Source: Candidatus Moranbacteria bacterium CG_4_9_14_3_um_filter_44_28
GTDB taxonomy: Bacteria > Patescibacteriota > Minisyncoccia > Moranbacterales > UBA11712
DNA: 49,114 bases
NCBI GenBank assembly: GCA_002790655.1
Contig: PFVO01000008.1
Location: 1 to 49,114 of the forward strand
Direction: 5' to 3'
The notes beneath the pieces were generated by a model. It was not told where the DNA came from and did no database searches. It was given only the letters and a program-made list of their open reading frames with translations. How positions within the stretch are numbered: the first letter of the stretch is position 1; every line of letters starts with the position of its first letter. Position numbers and translations under genes: made by a program. Positions 46,918 to 49,114 of the stretch are shown here, piece after piece.

Positions 46918-47808
46918 TTACTTCTGGCACCGGGGGCAAAAGAAGGTCCCGCGTTGCCCCATTTTTTCTCTCTGAATAATTGTACCACACCGCGGACATT
47001 TCTTGCCAGCCTGACGGTAGACTTTCATAACTTCCTGAAATCTTCCCGGCGCGCCAGCTGTGTCGCGGTAGTCGGAATCTGACGTCCCGCGAAGTTTTAT
47101 CGCTTTTTCAAGAACTTTTTTGATAGCTATGAATAATTTTCGCCTCTCTTCTTTTTTTACTTTATCCGCCGGGCGGCTCGGCAAAATTCCGGCTTCAAAC
47201 AAAATTTCGCTGATATAAATATTTCCGATTCCGGCAATTTTACTCTGGTCCATCAAGAGTAGCTTGATTTTCGTTTTTCGCTTGTCCAGAATCTCGTCAA
47301 ATTTTTCAAAAGTGAAATCGGCGTTCATTGCGTCCACTCCTAACTTCCCGATTTCCCCAATCTCCCCGATTTTATCCGAATCCACCAACATTATTTTTCC
47401 AAATTTTCGAAGATCCGAAAACTCCAACGTTCTCCCGGATTTGAGGTAAAAAATATGATGAATATATTGATTGACTTTTTCAGAAAAATAATCACCCCCC
47501 CTTTTGTTCCCCCCCTTGGCAAGGGGGGGAGGTGGAGGGGGGATCCTGTAATTTTTCGGCTTAACGAGCAAATGTCCCGTCATTTTGAGATGAATATAAA
47601 TCGTTCTCCCACCCGATAAATTCAAAAAGATATTTTTTCCAATTCTTTTCGCTCCCAAAATTTCTCTATCCCTTATCTCTTTCTCAAATCTCTCGAGCGG
47701 TATTTTCACCGACTTTTTCCAGTCACTCCAAAAACCGGTGATTATATCACCCTTGATTTTTCCGTTCAAATCCGAAATGATTGTTTGAACTTCGGGTAAT
47801 TCCGGCAT
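46918..47808 (-). CDS. mutM: Formamidopyrimidine-DNA glycosylase
   Basis: MPELPEV, HLKMTG, GIGNIY..E, CPRC..CPRCQ. Confidence 0.96.
   Translation of the reverse strand: MPELPEVQTIISDLNGKIKGDIITGFWSDWKKSVKIPLERFEKEIRDREILGAKRIGKNIFLNLSGGRTIYIHLKMTGHLLVKPKNYRIPPPPPPLAKGGNKRGGDYFSEKVNQYIHHIFYLKSGRTLEFSDLRKFGKIMLVDSDKIGEIGEIGKLGVDAMNADFTFEKFDEILDKRKTKIKLLLMDQSKIAGIGNIYISEILFEAGILPSRPADKVKKEERRKLFIAIKKVLEKAIKLRGTSDSDYRDTAGAPGRFQEVMKVYRQAGKKCPRCGTIIQREKMGQRGTFFCPRCQK
47491..47545. repeat. C/G-tract palindromic element in frame inside mutM
   Basis: ATCACCCCCCC..TCCCCCCCTTGGCAAGGGGGGGA..GGGGGGAT, read as IPPPPPPLAKGGNKRGGD. Confidence 0.8.
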
Positions 47809-47818
47809 AAGCGCTTCG

Positions 47819-49114
47819 CTAAATTTCCCCCCAATTATCTCCTACTTTCACGTCTGCTGCCAGCGGGGCTGAAAGTTTATAGATGCTTTCCATCGTTGCT
47901 TTGATATCTTTGGCGAGTTTCTCCACTGCCTCTTCCGGAACTTCAAAAAGAAGTTCGTCATGAATCTGAAGAACCATTCGAGCTTTAGGATGTTTCTCTC
48001 GAATCAATTTATCCGCTTCAATCATTGCCAGTTTGATAATATCGGCCGCCAGCCCCTGAATGGGCATATTGACCGCCATCCTTTCGGCTTGATTGCGAAG
48101 CTGAATGTTAGTCGAATTAATCTCCGGAATATAGCGGCGTCGGCCGAGTTCGGTCTCAACATAACCTTTCTCGCGAGCGGAAATTTTCACTTCATCCAAA
48201 AATTGAGCCACTTGGGGATAGTTCTCAAAATATTTGCGAATGAATTCGCGGGCCTCTTCCTGCTTCACTCCCGCGCTCTGGGCAAAGCCGAAAGTGCTCA
48301 TTCCATATATAATCCCGAAATTGAGAGCTTTGGCCGCCCGGCGCATCTTGTCCGTGACTTTTCCCGGATCAATCTTATTGATTCGGGCCGCCGTTGCCGT
48401 GTGGATATCTTCATTATTAAGAAATGTTGTAATCATTTTCACGTCGCCGGAGAGATGAGCGACGATGTGAAGCTCGATTTGCGAATAATCAGCGCTTATC
48501 AATTTGTAGCCGTTTTCTGCTTCAAAAGCGGTTCGAATAAGCTGTCCCAGTTCTGTACGGATAGGAATATTTTGCAAATTTGGCTCTGAAGAAGACAAGC
48601 GGCCAGTAGCTGTCACAGCCTGATTGAAAGTTGTGTGAATTCTTGATTTTTCATCAGCCAGATTCGGAAGTGTATCGAGATATGTCGTTTTCAGTTTGAA
48701 TAATTCTCTGTACTCCTCGATTTTTCCGATTATTGGGTGAAGACCTTTTATTTTCTGAAGTTCCGGCGAAGCCGTTGAAAAACCGGTTTTCCCCTTTTTA
48801 ATGTCTTTGGCGGGAATTTTCAGCTTTTCAAATAAAACTTCCCGCAGTTGAACCGAGGAATTGACGTTGAATTCAGCGCCCGCCAATTTTTGAATTTCCT
48901 TTTCCAGCTTCTTGACTCTCCGGTCGAGCTTGGCCGAAATTCCCTTGAGCACTGTTTTGTTTATCTTTATTCCCGCCTTTTCCATATCAGCCAAAATCTC
49001 AACGAGTGGCATCTCAAGCTCCTCAAAAAGATTCTTCAATGTTTTCTCTCTTCCCTCGGAAATCTGCTCCCGGCTGATTTCCTCGAGTTTTTCCTCGAGT
49101 TTTTCCTTGAGCGC
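47819..49114 (-). CDS. polA: DNA polymerase I, C-terminal part; 5' end is outside the window
   Basis: TGRLSS..PNLQNIP, ADYSQIEL, AKALNFGIIYG, LQIHDEL. Confidence 0.97.
   Translation of the reverse strand, partial: ALKEKLEEKLEEISREQISEGREKTLKNLFEELEMPLVEILADMEKAGIKINKTVLKGISAKLDRRVKKLEKEIQKLAGAEFNVNSSVQLREVLFEKLKIPAKDIKKGKTGFSTASPELQKIKGLHPIIGKIEEYRELFKLKTTYLDTLPNLADEKSRIHTTFNQAVTATGRLSSSEPNLQNIPIRTELGQLIRTAFEAENGYKLISADYSQIELHIVAHLSGDVKMITTFLNNEDIHTATAARINKIDPGKVTDKMRRAAKALNFGIIYGMSTFGFAQSAGVKQEEAREFIRKYFENYPQVAQFLDEVKISAREKGYVETELGRRRYIPEINSTNIQLRNQAERMAVNMPIQGLAADIIKLAMIEADKLIREKHPKARMVLQIHDELLFEVPEEAVEKLAKDIKATMESIYKLSAPLAADVKVGDNWGEI

Noticed and set aside
11201-48589. Long antisense or overlapping ORFs (e.g. 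11201..11884, 16600..17310, 32923..33624, 45785..46615, 47960..48589)
   Set aside because: Shadows of well-supported genes on the opposite strand, with no motifs of their own.
49077-49112. 12-nt repeat in polA (LKEKLEEKLEEI)
   Set aside because: Short, at the window edge, and explicable as helical low-complexity coding sequence.
1-49114. Genetic code 25 (TGA = Gly)
   Set aside because: Long genes are intact under code 11, and TGA ends rpoD, dfx and others normally.

Overview
Bacterial chromosomal segment in the standard genetic code. Gene content and style suggest a CPR/Patescibacteria (Parcubacteria-like) genome; this is inference, not a database result. Housekeeping genes: lgt, a purine cluster (purB, purC-purE fusion, purM, purQ, purL, purN), rpoD-dnaG, ppsA-pyk, lemA-htpX, murE, a FemABX-type gene, ruvA, rpsT, holA, mutM, polA and tRNA-Ser(GGA). 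They are interleaved with accessory genes (copA, arsM, an MNT-HEPN pair, proteases, lysozyme-like paralogs). Four things stand out. (1) A stand-alone GIY-YIG nuclease gene sits between perfect 21-bp inverted repeats, inside the loop of a switch-like 5' leader of a CxxC-x17-CxxC gene. (2) Several families of short palindromes and 7-/9-nt tandem repeats occur both between genes and in frame inside conserved genes. (3) An orphaned leader-peptide attenuator lies in front of a truncated gene. (4) Many accessory genes are broken by in-frame stops (four TAG, two TAA) or 1-nt shifts, with an apparent GC-to-AT transition bias. All product calls come from motif recognition by eye; DUF names are from memory.
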